A stretch of 64,000 nt of DNA from Bugula neritina (taxonomy: Eukaryota > Animalia > Bryozoa), in NCBI GenBank assembly GCA_964035545.1, contig OZ037773.1, forward strand, positions 3,625,751 through 3,689,750, in the 5' to 3' direction. The position numbers and the translations under genes are program-made. Position 1 is the first letter of the stretch. The number at the start of each line of letters is the position of its first letter. This document shows, in pieces, positions 49,301-63,098 of the stretch. The notes under the pieces were generated by a model. It saw only the letters and a program-made list of their open reading frames with translations, ran no database searches and had not been told where the DNA came from.

Positions 49301-52300
49301 CAGGTCCACACCCACCTGGAAACATCTACCTGGACCCTCAAGATAAATAATCAAAAGAGAAAAAAACTTTATCCGAGATTGCGAACCTAACTCCCAGTTC
49401 TGCCAGACTAATATCATTCATTTTTCGATAGCTGCAACATTCACTTAGCAATGATGAGTGAGTTTTATTGGGAAACGAATGTACTCTTCAGGACTTATTG
49501 GGAGTTATCTTCTTGTTGTATGACTAACCAAGTTCTATGCTGCAGCTCGCACCAATCTCTAAGCTTAGCAGTATGTGCGTGTGCATGATCATTCGGGTTT
49601 AAAGCTCCAAGTGTAAAAATAGCATAAGTGTATTTTTAAATATCTACTTCAAAACCGGAAAACTTATTTTTATGTTGCAATGAATAGGAGAAAGTGAACA
49701 AATATCTGCCATGTTGTTGAGTGGCATTTTGTTGTTTACCTAAAGAGTACAACTCCCAATTGCAGTAAATAAGTATATCACTAATACTACCTTCAGAGTG
49801 AATTCTATGCTATTGGTAGTTGATTTTGCAAGAGTTATATATAATTACAATAATATATTGTACTACAATCGTAAGTAGCTGAAATAGTGTTACTAGCACT
49901 TTTGAAAGATAATGCTATTAGTGGGCTGTGGCTGTTGTTAATTTTCATCAAGAATTATTAAATGCAATAATTTATTTTTGAATGCCTGGAGCAATATTCT
50001 TCAACCTCGCAGGAATTTACTAAAATTATTATAGAATTCCGTGATACCTTATTAATTACGAGCAGGCTAATATTACATAACCTCGTTATTGGTGTAAGAG
50101 TAAGTTAGAGTAGATAGACTTTCATCTTTCTCTCTTCCTTTGTAGTAAATCTGCATTAGATAGCAGAGTAGCTCTTCCTTACGTCTTCATTTCTTTGATG
50201 TATAGATACATGGTAGAGTATATATGCAGGCTACAGTCACTCTATCCTTGTTCTGTGCTATATATAGTCTAAAGAGGGTAAAATTTGGGCCTATTCGATA
50301 TTAATACCATGCATTGTTGTATAATAGGTGTATGTTTGCTGCACTAGCTGTGGGTGGAGTGAACCCTCTCTAGGTTTTGCATGTTGGAGCTTCTCTGTTG
50401 GGTATTGGCGGGAGAAATGTTGTTTTATCCTGTTTGGCTGGCCTCAAGTCATTGCCAGATTTCATCTTGTAGCAAGTAGGATTGAGGGTGCTCTTTCACC
50501 CACCCGCCATGCACAGTTTCCTCAAGTGTTGAGTACACTGCAGTATAGCACAGTATACGCTGGACCTGTGTGCTTTCAATTCCAAGCCAGTTGGTTGGAT
50601 GTTTTTATTGCCTTCAGGGTTTTACACTGAACCCTGTTGGTCAGTGGATAGTTTGTGTTTGTTTAACTTCTCTGCTGTGTTTGCACATCTTGCTGACTAT
50701 CCTAACCTCTAGCAACAATGCTGACATAATTCAATGCTGCCGTTACGTCATCATCGATTCTCCTGTTGCTTAGGCGTGCAGGACTTTCTCCCAATAGCCA
50801 ATTACCAGTGTCATAGGCAGGCAAATCTTTGTCAAAATTAGCTCAGCTGCAATCTTCAATATTTTTCAACACAATGTGCTGGTTATTATGATAATAGGTG
50901 AGGGTTTGATTGTGCTGCCTTTAACCAGCTGCTTTCTTTAGTTGTAATTGGCTCCAGTGCCTGGCAACCAGCTATAGCAGAGTTTTACTTCACCCAATAA
51001 TTATCTACTAGGAGTTACCCCTCCTGAGTATTGTTATCGGGGCAATTTTTTTATTTATTTCCAATTGTTAATTTTTATCGTTTTACTGCTTTTATCTGAA
51101 AGCTGCTTTTTCTCTGTAGGCTGTGGAATACGATACCTTAATAGTAATGTTTGTTTGTTTGTTTGTTTGTTTGTTTTATTTTGTCGTAGTTGGAGAAAAA
51201 AAATTAATTGAGAAAAAATAAACAAAATGACAGGGCCTATGGCGCAATAGCACTGTAGCTAGTCGAGGCACCGAGCCATGAATGGTTGACAGTTATATAA
51301 GATTTTTGTTTAGGTTTTTGGAAGTTTTAGCAGCTCAAAGAGTTTTATTTTTTTATCTGGAAATTTGCCATTAGGTGGTCTCTCAGGGCAAGTTTGAAAC
51401 CAGCCTCCCTCTCCACAGCACGAATAAAACTAGGCAATTTAATGCTAGATAGTAATGTGATACTAGATAGTAATGTGATACTAGATAGTAATGTGATGCT
51501 AGATAGTAATGTGATGCTACATAGTAATGTAATGCTAGATAGTAATGTAATGCTAGATAGTAATGTAATGCTAGATAGTAATGTAATGCTAGATAGTAAT
51601 GTGATGCTAGATAGTAATGTGATACTAGATAGTAATGTAATGCTAGATAGTAATGTAATGCTAGATAGTAATGTGATACTAGATAGTAATGTAATGCTAG
51701 ATAGTAATGTAATACTAGATAGTAATGTAATGCTAGATAGTAATGTAATGCTAGATAGTAATGTAATGCTAGATAGTAATGTAATGCTAGATAATACAGG
51801 TTTTATTTTGTACTCAGGAAACGAGGGCGTCCACCAAAAGTCAAACAGGAAGTCAATGGACAGGAAGCTGATACAACTACGGATCTATCTTTACCCCACA
51901 AAACAGCAGCAGCAGCAATAGCAGCTGATGTCAAGTTAGAAGTAAGTAATGACAGAGACATTATCGAGTATGATCCAAGTTTGTTATAACACAGCGTTTT
52001 ATCAACTTTAAGTAACTTGCCCTCCTCCCTGCTGTGATTTCATATTCATGTATTTTATTATATATACCAACTGTTACATATTTTAGTCAAAAAATATAGT
52101 AAAGACTGAAGCCACAAGTTCCAACTCTGCCAACAGTCAGTGCGGTGCGGGTGTTGAGACAGCCCACCCCTTCCATCAGAGTATATTCACTACGGAAAAC
52201 ACAGTTCTTTCTAAATTTAACTACTCCTCACCCGCCGCTCACAGCAGCAGTGTTTTGGCGAGATATTCACAAACAGGAAGTGGGTTTGGCGGCAGCGGTA

Positions 52301-52554
52301 TGCCCCTGCAACTAACTACATCGTCCCGACACACTACTATAGAATCCATGTATAACAATCTGTCTCCCACGTCCCAGCCAGTGGACCTGTCTACCAACTC
52401 TAATGGCACACAGTCTAACAAGGCGCATCTTCCACATGCTGACACTAACAGTCCGTATAATGCTGCCTCCAGCTCTCCTCAAGCCTTCAATTTGTCAATG
52501 CGGCAGCACTCAGCCGCTGCTAGCAGGACTGAAGGTGATCAGAGCTCACTATAG
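43318..52554 (+). CDS. DRAP1: Dr1-associated corepressor (NC2 alpha), histone-fold protein, about 355 aa
   Basis: Exons 43318-43359, 43532-43604, 43919-44012, 44171-44219, 45377-45594, 51818-51941, 52087-52554 (1068 nt, frame intact). N-terminus [50 protein letters not shown]...FDFLK is the NC2-alpha histone fold. The last two exons are assigned by phase; AATAAA at about 52652. Confidence 0.93.
43605..43918 (+). other. U12-type (minor spliceosome) GT-AG intron, DRAP1 intron 2
   Basis: 5' splice site GTATCCTTTT; TTTTCCTCTCAT about 12 nt upstream of the AG; no polypyrimidine tract; joins [10 protein letters not shown] in frame. Confidence 0.88.
44878..45018. repeat. 16-bp minisatellite
   Basis: ATGWCATCACKCCCTC, about 9 copies. 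Confidence 0.9.
45759..49410 (+). mobile_element. Degenerate Academ-type DNA transposon in DRAP1 intron 5
   Basis: Termini TAGTCTGGCAGAA...TTCTGCCAGACTA; imperfect TIRs of about 150 bp (45759-45918 vs 49260-49410); 3-bp TSD ATA (45756-45758, 49411-49413); internal transposase fragments. Confidence 0.85.
46980..48215 (+). pseudogene. Frameshifted Academ-like transposase / XPG-like nuclease remnants
   Basis: Fragments across frames: EFAAGSHTMHHKRGQLDGIWSGMTIEVTFVRFGHS..GII; VWVYS..HKNEMQSRIQSDSKDRESVKRKIELCNDPL; LPPTDEA; VTRAHLQV. They resemble AcademX motifs as I recall them; multiple stops and frameshifts. Confidence 0.65.
50310..50880 (-). mobile_element. Possible decayed LTR-retrotransposon integrase C-terminal relic
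   Basis: GC-richer than surroundings; minus-strand fragments LELK/TGPAYTVL resemble a GPY/F motif; many stops. Confidence 0.25.
51440..51793. repeat. 18-bp minisatellite
   Basis: ATGCTAGATAGTAATGTR, about 19 copies, ending about 25 nt before the DRAP1 exon 6 acceptor; source of the LDSNVM ORF. Confidence 0.95.
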
Positions 52555-55500
52555 CAGCACATCTACACCAACTAGTCTATTTTTAAATGCACACGATATA
52601 GTGAACTTTTTTTATTGATGGAAACATTGCTACTGTACATTACTTTTATTTAATAAAATAATCCTTGCTCCATACTATACTTACTTACTTTGTTCTGCTG
52701 TCAGTGAAAGGCTAGTGAAATAGTGCAAGAAAAATTTCAATTACTAGTCATAATACAGGTTGGTGTCTTGGGCACAAAATTAAAACTTCAGCTTTAAGAC
52801 AACTTTTTTTTAAGAAAAGTATTTTCAGGCCACCAAAAGTGATGTGGTGCTGAAGTTATTAGACAGGTAATACAGTAAGTTCATGTGTCTATATCAATAG
52901 TTGTTATTACTTGTTCACCAAAATGCTTTGTTGAAGTGTAATGGACATTTTTCTAAAAATGTCCGCTTTTCTTTTCAAAAACCTATATATTGGCTTCTAC
53001 ATTTGCGCTCAAAGATAGTCTGAAATGTATCCTGGCACTCAAAAGAAACCCTCAACTCTGACGTGTGATGGGCAATTGCATATTTTATTCAAGATCTCAC
53101 TTAGTCTTAGGCTAGACTAATCTCCTAACACTTGATATGAGCACCCACTTACTACAGCTGGTGTTTCCCCCAACTCATACGATTGGTGGCATCTGTAGAC
53201 AGCAGTCTGTAACCTGCATAATTGTCAAAAAGAATTAATCAATTCCATTCCTTGATCTACTTGTAAAACTGCATGTTTCTAAATGGTGTTACATGAAGAG
53301 TTCGCTATCGAGTAATTAGCTTATTAGTTGCTAGCATCAGGTGAGGGGCGTTGAGAGATGCCCCAACCTCTTGACTATGAAGACCTCATGTTAACAATAA
53401 GGCTGAGAGCCGTCTGCTAGTTGCAGCTATGATAATATTTAAATTATCTATTATGTTAACCAATTAATATACAGTGTCTGATTTCTCTAGTGCCAATATA
53501 AAGTATTTACTGACCAAAGAACAAGATTCCTAAAAATGGCTTTTTATTTCTACAACATTTTGTTAAAATTGTTAAATTGTGACTTTTTAAAAAAACTTTT
53601 TAATTAAAATATAACATAATTATAATACTCAGAACTTTTTGTAGCTGTAAACCAGCAATTAGTAAACGTTTTATCAAATTGTAAAATGTTACAGATAGAA
53701 AAATTCTTGTATATAAAATGATATGTTTTTAAAGGTTAAAACTGCACCCTACACTCTACCGTAGGCTAATTATTGTCAGTAGTTTGAATTAGATATTCAG
53801 TAAAAAGTATTGGTTTACTGTATTTTCATGCAATAAAGTGGCTACTGTTTAAGTAAACTGGGCAGATAATTGGCAAAGCTGATTGTTAACAATTAATGGG
53901 AGTCTAAATACTCTCTAGTATTATATTATCTTTGATTAAATAACTGCATACTATTTATCTAGAAACATTACTGAGTGTATGTTATTATGGGAATGAGAAG
54001 AGCCTGGGTTGTTTGTATAACAGGCCTATGCTAATATTATAAGATGTACAACGCTGCAATTGCATATTAGAAATAAGAATTAAGTGGGGTTATATGCCTT
54101 ATATGGTTACCTAGTCATATTCTTACTTATATTGTAAGTGTATAATATATCACAATGACATCAATCTTCAGGTAAGCCTTCGTTTTAGTACAATAAGGTG
54201 CAAGTCACTTCAAACTGGCATTTTCAAAGTTATATTCATATTTTCTATTGTGCACGAAGTGATACATTTATATTTAACCTGTAACCTACAGCACCTGTAG
54301 TGTACAATGCGAACAAAAGTGTGATAATTATAAGATACAATATAAGCTGCAAATAACTATATACTGTTTACAATATCTAGTATGCTTTAGTCTTGTTATA
54401 TTAGTATGTCTATATTAGAAGAGGTCATATGAAATGGTATATATCTTAGAGAGCAGCTAGGATTTTTGAACACAGTGCTGGAATATGAGAAAGTGTGTAG
54501 AAGAAATTGTTATTCCTATGCCAGGGTTCTTATGCAATTAAGTCTGATGTAATGTATTTGGAAATAGTCGTTAGCATAAGCTGCATGCTACTGGCTTTAT
54601 TATACAGAAGTTATGCTCTCTTGTTGGAAAATATTGTTGAGACTATACTACTAATGCCTTCTGAAGTCTTTTTATTAGATACTTCAATCAAATGTAACAG
54701 TTTATTTGTAGAAATAATAAAAATTTTCTTTTCTTTCAACTGAAACTCCTGGTCCTATATACTCGCATTTCCAATATGAAGGACAAGTTTACAGCCCAGG
54801 AGCTTGTATAACTCATCAACAGTCTATTCACTGACCTCCTTTTTGCCACCACATTAAAAAGAAACTACCAGCATGGTTTAAGTTGAAGTGATGTGGTGAA
54901 CAGGCAAGGAGTTATCTTTCCTCTACGACTAATTAAAAACAACAAACATAACTTGCAGTAAAAGTCTTTAAATATGTATTTGTTCATTTATATCTATACA
55001 GGTTATCTTTGAAATTGGAAGTTTTGGTCACAGCTTTGCACTATGACAATGCACTATATCATTGTACTATAGCAAATTGGTACTGCAACAAATTGTATTA
55101 TAAAAACTGTATTGTAACAATGCACAGTATTCATTCACACAAACTATGATGTACTGTATCTATCATGTACTATAACAATATACTATATAACAACATACTG
55201 TAAGATGTACTAATGATGAACTGTATCTATATGCTATAATTATTACTATAACACAGTTCTACAATCTTTAAATGACTTTAAAAATACTCTAAATGAAGTA
55301 AATCATTGGCCTGTGGACCAATGATTTAGCTAATGATCTCTGGGCACTTGCTTTTCTGATAGAGCTTCAAATTGACATGATGTTTTATGAGAACCTAAAG
55401 TAAGCCAGCTTGCAAGTCTTGGAATATATATGTATGTCCAGATTGCATGTATAATATTTCTGGGGCTGCTACTTTTGTTTATAATAGAAAATTTATTCTG

Positions 55501-55799
55501 TAGTAGAATATATATTTATTACAGCAAATTTCTACTCAATTTGCCATCAATTATCATAGGCCCCTATATATATTTTTGTAGAGATCTTTATTGATAACAA
55601 TTTATTTATAAGTATTTTGAATAAGCTACATAGGGCATACAATAGACTTGCAGAAACATACTGCAATGCCCAAGATTTGAGCATGTTTACAATAAGGTGA
55701 TGCATGTGCTTGCAAGTGCTTGCAAGTGCCTGCCGGTTTAATAAGGCACATGATTGACCCGGAGTGTTATATTGCAACCACTGCTGTGATTTGTTACGA

Positions 55800-55894
55800 C
55801 TGCAAAATATAATAGCATATCGGCATCTCTACTCCCTCACTATCTGCTTGAAGTCTGCACCGTCCAGAAGGCATCTCACTCTCGCTTACCTGAG
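55800..55894 (+). promoter_or_regulatory. Probable promoter and non-coding first exon of the calexcitin gene
   Basis: TATAAT at about 55808, pyrimidine-rich leader, donor GAG|GTAGGT at 55894; acceptor TTCTTTAG at 57730, 27 nt before the ATG. Confidence 0.45.
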
Positions 55895-57757
55895 GTAGGT
55901 TTTTATTTCTACTTGAACTGTTGAAACACAGCAGAAACATTGACAGCTCAACTACATAACAACATCTGTAGATGGATACATGTTTATCATATGCATTATT
56001 CTGATGAAGTTATTAATACGTATAAACACTACTCTGTAACATATATTGAGCTAGCATGTATTGCAATGAAGAATGTATTATTACGTATAAATGGGAAAAT
56101 ATTACATTCAAGGGCCAAATAGACGGCTGCTTGAACACATTTGTTTTTAGCTTACTTGATCACATAAAAGCAATTACTCATCCTTATTTTATACTTGGTT
56201 GTTCTATTGATTGTACCATCATTTTCCAACCTGCTTCTGCACTGAGATAGACGTACATTATATTACCTTTCAATTGGTTAAAAATATACTTCCCTAAGTC
56301 TCTATACGGAATGACTGTGAGTATTTGAATAAATTCATAATATTATTTAATTCTTCGTTTCCATTTAATTAACTTCTATAAGTTCAACATGAAATCTTTG
56401 CACCTAAAGTTTTTCAGACTCTTAAGAAGTTATTGGAATACGGCCATTCTAAGTTTTCTTGTTTAAAGTATCGTTTCCTGACTCGTTGTGTGTTAGGCAG
56501 TGGACAGTCGCTCTATCATATTGATTACTCATCATATGAAATGTCAGCACTTCCTGGGAAGCAATTAGCTGCTTATCAGACGTTAATTTACGTTGTCGTA
56601 TTCAAAGTGTCGACGATATATCTCTGTTTTCTAAGATTGGCAGGCAGTTGCTAGTTGTCATTGCAGTTGCATATAGTTTTTGGTATGGTCAGCTTTGGAA
56701 GGGTAAGCTTCATTGATAACTCTACCATTGATAGCTGTTTATGTAGTATCACGTTTACACCTTCGGGCATTTGTGTCTGGAAATTTAAATCAACGTCATG
56801 ATACTTAATCTATAAATTACTGAAACTACTAATTGCTGTAATTTATTTCCGCTGTAGCTCGATCAACTGTTCTATAAGAATGAAGTTTTTTTTATTCATT
56901 TTCATAATGTTTTTATAAGATAGTTGTTGCAATCAGCAAGCTGTTCATTTCTCACTATAACAAGCTAGATCAGATAGTATAAACTGATTCATTACACACA
57001 CAAGTATACTATTTCAAAATGGGCTGCAACCATAGCCAGATGACAGCAGTGAAATCGTCAAGGCAGCATAAGTTGCACAAACAGACAGCAACTGTATCTC
57101 AAAATCTGACAGTAATTTATATTATATTATGTATTCTATTAGTATATTATAATATTTATAGGAATATATAGGAGTTATAAGACTAATCTTTGAATATTGC
57201 ATTTGATTGTTTTGTTATTTTACAATTTGATGAGACGTTTGCTTGATATTTTAAATGTTTTATACATAACTGAAATAGTGTGTACAGCTGCAAATTATAT
57301 TATATTGTGTGTATGTGCAGTATATTATACAGCATCATACTGCATCATATATTATGTATATTATAATATTATACTGCATTATATTGTATATCATATATGT
57401 ATATTATGCTATACTGCATTATATTACATCGTGCGTATACTATTTTTATTGTATTATATTGAATCATCTATTAGTGTAATATGGTGTTATTATACTACAT
57501 TATATTGCATCATGGAAGTTATTGGTAAACTATTACTTTACTTTTAAAGGTAATTTGAAAATCTAAGTTTAAAATATTTTTAAGTCATAAATTGTATTAT
57601 TTTGCATGTTGTTGCACACTAATATTATACATATAACTAAATAAGCTCTGAACATTTTTGGTTACAATAATTTATATTCTGCAAAGCTGCTTAATTATTT
57701 TTCTGTCAACCGTCTATTATTGTTCTTTAGTATACTCCACCAGCAAACCTTGACCCA

Positions 57758-60700
57758 ATGGCTTCCCTCTCAGAATTTCAAAGGAAAAAACTTGGCTACA
57801 TTTACCATGTCTTCTACGGTAAGGTTTAGTTGCCAGCATATTGTAAAATAATTGTCGTTGACAATACTACAATACAATTAAAGTATAATTATTGCTGAAT
57901 ATAATATAATTAGAATGCATGTCCCTATTTTTACAATATAATATATTATAATACATTTATAATAGAGGTATTTTTAAAATGTATTGCAATTGAAAGATAC
58001 TTGTATTGTTAATTCAAATATAATACAAATAGAATGAATTATTCTGCACTATTCAGCTATATTATATTATATTTTGGTGAAAATAACATACATATTATAA
58101 TATAATATTATAAAACAAATGGAATATAATTATTGTTAGCTACATATACAACTAATATATAAATTATACAAATTGGTGGAAATTGGTTGTTAGAAGCTGA
58201 ATATGTAGTATAATGCAATGTTACAGACTAAATACACATGTACATTAGACTTGTAAGGTATGGGTTAGTGCATGTTAGCCTTTGGGGCCTAGGCTGCTAA
58301 TACATAATTAAACAGCGCTTAGCGTCTCACCCCCTTCCCCATAATGAGTTTGGTCAATGTCAATACCTCATTGTGGTCAGTGAAGCAGCCAGCGAAGCTA
58401 GTTCTATATGGACATGCATTTACCTGATTAATATAATATGTATCTATTTAGCTGAGCTCATGCTAAGATTGTATACAGTGGGTGCAGGCATGTAGCTATG
58501 TGGAACATATTACAATCTCTAATTGGTTTTATAGTAAATATTTGCAGGCTAATAATTTATGTAGGACAAACAACTGTTGCTTACAACTAAAAATCAACAA
58601 AATAAAATTGAATTATTGGTTTCATATTAATAAAATTGGTCAGTGTTTTCTAAAATAGTATAGTTTATATTATATTTTATAATATTATTTTATAGTAGCA
58701 TATATAGTAACATATTTAGTAGCTTATAGGGAGCAGCCGTGGTCTAGGGGTTAGAGCGTTTGCCTATAGTAAACACGAAGTCATGAGTTCCAGCCCAACA
58801 AAGGCCATTAGTGATGTTAGGAAGAGCATCCAGTCATAATTGCTCCTGTGCCATGCACCTGAATAAGTCTTTAGCCTGATTTAACAAAAACTCTTTCCAT
58901 CAGGGGTTTCTCACAGGGATAGTGACAATAAACTCATGTGAGTTTTATGCATAGTAGTATACAGTAGCTTATAGTATATATACTTTATAGCAGTATATAC
59001 AATGTAGTGGCTAATAGTGATGTACAGTATTTTACATAGAATACCGTAGCAATAGTATTAATGTCACAAGCAATTATCACATTGTTAGTTGACCTCATTG
59101 TGTACATTATATATTATGTGTATGTAGATGTCAATAATGATGGCGTAGTCGACTGGCAGGACTTTTCTTGTGCTTTGGAGGTAAGAATCTTGAAACTAGA
59201 ACTTTAATTCTCGATAGTGAAACATACAATTGACATTATATTGTATTATTATACATCATTGACATATCTTATGATCATGTTATATTGTGCAATTTGCATA
59301 AGTTACACATTTTCAATCAGACTTTACGTTAAACGTTGTCAATTAATTATTTGTAACTACAAAAAGAGCATTAAGTTTCACTTCTTTGGCTTTCATTCTT
59401 CGGATTATATTTTATTATTATTTTATTTAACATTCAATTCTTGATTTTATCTGGCAAAAGAAATTAGCAATGCAGATTACACAATAAAAAATTGGTGTGC
59501 TAAAAATAGATCAATAAATAAATTAGATTTGACATAGTTTTAGCTTTGACTTTTACATATAATGATGATCGTTTTTGTGTATACACTTGGGTATTTTGTC
59601 TAAAGAATATTAGACTGGTAAGACAGCAAGAAGCTGCCACCAGCCTAATAATATGCTAGGCAGCATCCCAAGTGGGCTCTTGCAACAGACGTAATAATAT
59701 AATATGTCAAAAACCAAGTATAGGCAAAGTGTTTACAAAAAAACAATGCTATATCGCAATGCCTAATTCGAGAGATAAGAAATATAGAGGGGCATGGGGC
59801 AAAGATAGCTTCTTGCGACATCTTGTAAATACTTTAAATGAGCTTCTATTTTAAATAATCCAACAGAGTTTTGACTTTTTTTCTCTCATTTTTGTTCATG
59901 CCTACTCATATTATAGCCAGTATTTACACTGAATTTCACAATGTGCTGTCGTGTCTGATATGCAATAAATCAATCAATCAATCAAAACAGAAAGCAATCA
60001 TGGTATAAAACTTTTGTGTGTTCTCAAAATCAGTCAGTCAAATTGTTTTTGTAGGTCATGGTCAGTCTAAAATTATTAGTTTAGAATGCTTCATAAATTT
60101 TAAAATGTGCTGCAAGTTAAGGAAAAAGAAAATTGTTTACATCATTTTTTTAAACTTTAAATCTTAAATCTGTTAAATTTGCTTTTAAAAAAAATTGTCA
60201 TTGAAAGAACATAATGTTGTAAAAGGTTTTCATTCCTTCTATTCAACACTGCGAAGTGAATAAACAGCAGCAGGTTTCTATTGTATAATTTCAGTGCATT
60301 GATTTTCAAGTTGATACACGATATTTCCTTTAATTTGATTGGTTAGCTCAGCACCAATCAGTAGCATGCCCATGCAGGACATAATCATATAATCAAGTTT
60401 ATTAGTAAATCTTACTAATTAATCTAGCTTGCATGATTTCAGTAGCACATGAAAAAGTGTTTAACAACTAATATGGCGAAGCTCAGTCTGTCTGTGAAGA
60501 CGGATAAAAACTCATTTAATTTGAACTAGTTTTTGTCTGTAGATCATTCTAGTTCAAGTATCCTTTAATTTAATGAAAGCTAATAAACCAATAAGCTGCC
60601 AGTATACACGGAAGCTTATTGAACACTTGAAGTAATAATTTAAAATTGTTTCATTTTTCATTTCTAACATCCTATTACAAATGCCTGACCTAAATTTTTT

Positions 60701-63098
60701 TATAGCGAATCATATTTTTTTTAGTTTCAAGCTGCTATTATAAGCAATTATTAAAAAGTAAAAGTTTTGTAGAAAATAGCAGCTTTGAACAAGTGGGGAG
60801 AAGACAACCCTAAGAGGAAACACGCCTTGGAATGCCTTGAGCTGGTGTGGAAGGGTCTGAAAACCTACGCTGATGAAAACTCAGTAAGTGCTGCACAAGA
60901 ATTTAACTCAAAATCTTAATTTGTAGTTTTCAAAGTTATAGTCTTTATTACGTAGTCTTTGGTAGAGTCTTTGTTATAACCTTTTTCATAGAAATTTAGT
61001 CTTCGATTTGCATCCGACTTTTCTGCATGCAATCAATTTAAAACTTTCCAAGATTTGTATCCTGATCACCTTTTATAGCAGTAGCAGTTGAGGTGAATTC
61101 ATGAGCAGAAAGTATTACCAATAGTATCTAAGACAACTACAGTCTACCTGTCTGTTAAAGCTGTCCAGTTCTATTTACTGTTTACTCAACAGTAATTTAG
61201 ATTTAATTAACTAATTTAAATTTCTTGTAAGATGAGACAAGCATATTGATTAACCAGTTACTCTATGCGTGATGTCATATTGATATTTGCTTACAATGGC
61301 TATTTTACTGATGTATACAGTTCAATATAATACCTTATGTAGTATATACAGCTGAACATATACGTTTTGTAGTGTACACAGTTAAATATAACTCATTATA
61401 TAATGCACACAGTTAAATATAATACATTATGTAGTATATGTACATATACGGATATTATATATTATATATACACATACTATATTATACAGATTACTACTAT
61501 ATTACATATATATGGATAATCTACTACAAATACAAATACTATATTACATATATGAATAATATAATATATTATTATGCTCACAGGACGATGAAATCAGCAA
61601 GGATGAATGGTTCAAAATGTGGTCCGACTGTGCGGACAAGGTTCTAGCTAACAAAGAGTTCCCATACTGGCTGAGCTCCTACATGGGGTTCATGTTTGAC
61701 GCAGCAGATACCTCAGGTATTCCAGTACTTCCTATATTTAGAGTTGTGCTCTCTTTATTGAAATGTATTATGAGACATGAGCAGAGTTAAATGATAAAAA
61801 GTGTTCAGTTACTATTGAAGAGAGAGAACTGATACTGGACCATATACGATATATGTAAAATCTAAAATATACATGACTGCATCAATAATTTAGAACAACC
61901 AGTATAGCAAATCATAGCATAGCATAGATAACATAGTATAACATAGCATATATATTTTAGTATAGCATAGCATAGCATGGTATAGCATATCATGGTATAG
62001 CATAGCATGGCATATCATAGCATAGCAATGCATAGCATAGCATGGTATAGCATAGCATAGTATAGTATAGGATAATCTATTTTCAAGATGTAAATTTGAA
62101 TTACACAGTCTTATTTCAATAGATTCCTTAGATAAATTAAAAGAAGCTTTAAAAGCTGTTTGAATCTAACATATAGCCCAAGTTACCAACTTGAGAAAAT
62201 AATTTGAATTTAGGAGAGGGCAACACAACCAATCATATCATTATGAGTTTGTAAGACTATAGCTGCTACTTTACATGTTGCAGGTGACAATGTAATAGAC
62301 AAAGATGAGTTTAGGACCGCCTACACCAGCTTCGGACTTACGGCAGAAACTTGCGACTCAGCTTTCGATAAATTTTCTGAAGTAGGCGTTTTGGTCACAT
62401 GACCCTGAATAAATGGATGTGTTTCTAGTTATTGAAACTAAATGTGTTGAAACATTTTTAAAATGTTGCAATGCAAACAATTACAGTTTTTGTTTTACAA
62501 ATAATATGACAGCTAGTAGCCATGATGCTTATCCAGTATGACACGGGAGGGGAATGTAGTCAAATGTGGTAGATGCAACTCACAAGTTTCTAACTCATCC
62601 ATTAAAGTTAAAGAAGCCCACAGCGTTTCACACCACCTTACATCAGACAATGAAATTTAACATCAAATTCTGAATTTTAATACATTTGATGTTGCCAAGA
62701 GTTTAGTATATATGCAAGAATTAGAAGTGCAAGTTCAACAACAAAATATGCTTATCACAATCGTATATTTAGGAGCAGTAATGGAGAAATTGAGATAGCC
62801 TAAATTCTTCAAGTCTATTGTTAAACCTTGGTTTGAGGCACTGGTTGAAATTATCGCAAGAACATAACTTCTTTTGCTACATTTTTAATGTAGAACACAG
62901 GCTTTTCTCAATTTCTTCATTACTGCACCCACCTCCAATCGTATCAAAATGACAAAGAACTCAGGCTGAGTTATTGTGTACTTTTAGAATGGCAAAGTAG
63001 CCCTGACCAAAGACACTTACAGCAAGTTGTGGCATGAGTTTTTTCTCTCCAACGACAAAGATGCTAAAGGCAACTTCCTGTTTGGAGCCATTGCATAA
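57758..63098 (+). CDS. Calexcitin / sarcoplasmic calcium-binding protein (EF-hand), 188 aa
   Basis: Exons 57758-57818, 59128-59180, 60773-60883, 61584-61716, 62284-62381, 62988-63098 (567 nt). MASLSEFQRKKLGYIYHVFYDVNNDGVVDWQDF; EF loops DENSDDEISKDE and DTSGDNVIDKDE; degenerate fourth hand; C-terminal AKGNFLFG typical of calexcitin/SCP. Confidence 0.92.
58728..58962 (+). mobile_element. tRNA-derived SINE, full length with possible TSD
   Basis: Same family; AGTAGCTTATAG at 58718-58729 and 58963-58974 may be the target duplication (low-complexity context). Confidence 0.85.
61913..62070. repeat. (AGCAT)n pentanucleotide repeat
   Basis: Direct inspection. Confidence 0.9.
62770..62931. mobile_element. 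About 160-bp MITE family, copy 3 with about 26-bp TIRs
   Basis: TAGGAGCAGTAATGGAGAAATTGAGA...TCTCAATTTCTTCATTACTGCACCCA inverted termini. Confidence 0.85.

Noticed and set aside
51394-51921. (LDSNVM)n hexapeptide-repeat ORF
   Set aside because: 18-bp minisatellite; the real exon begins at 51818 in another frame.
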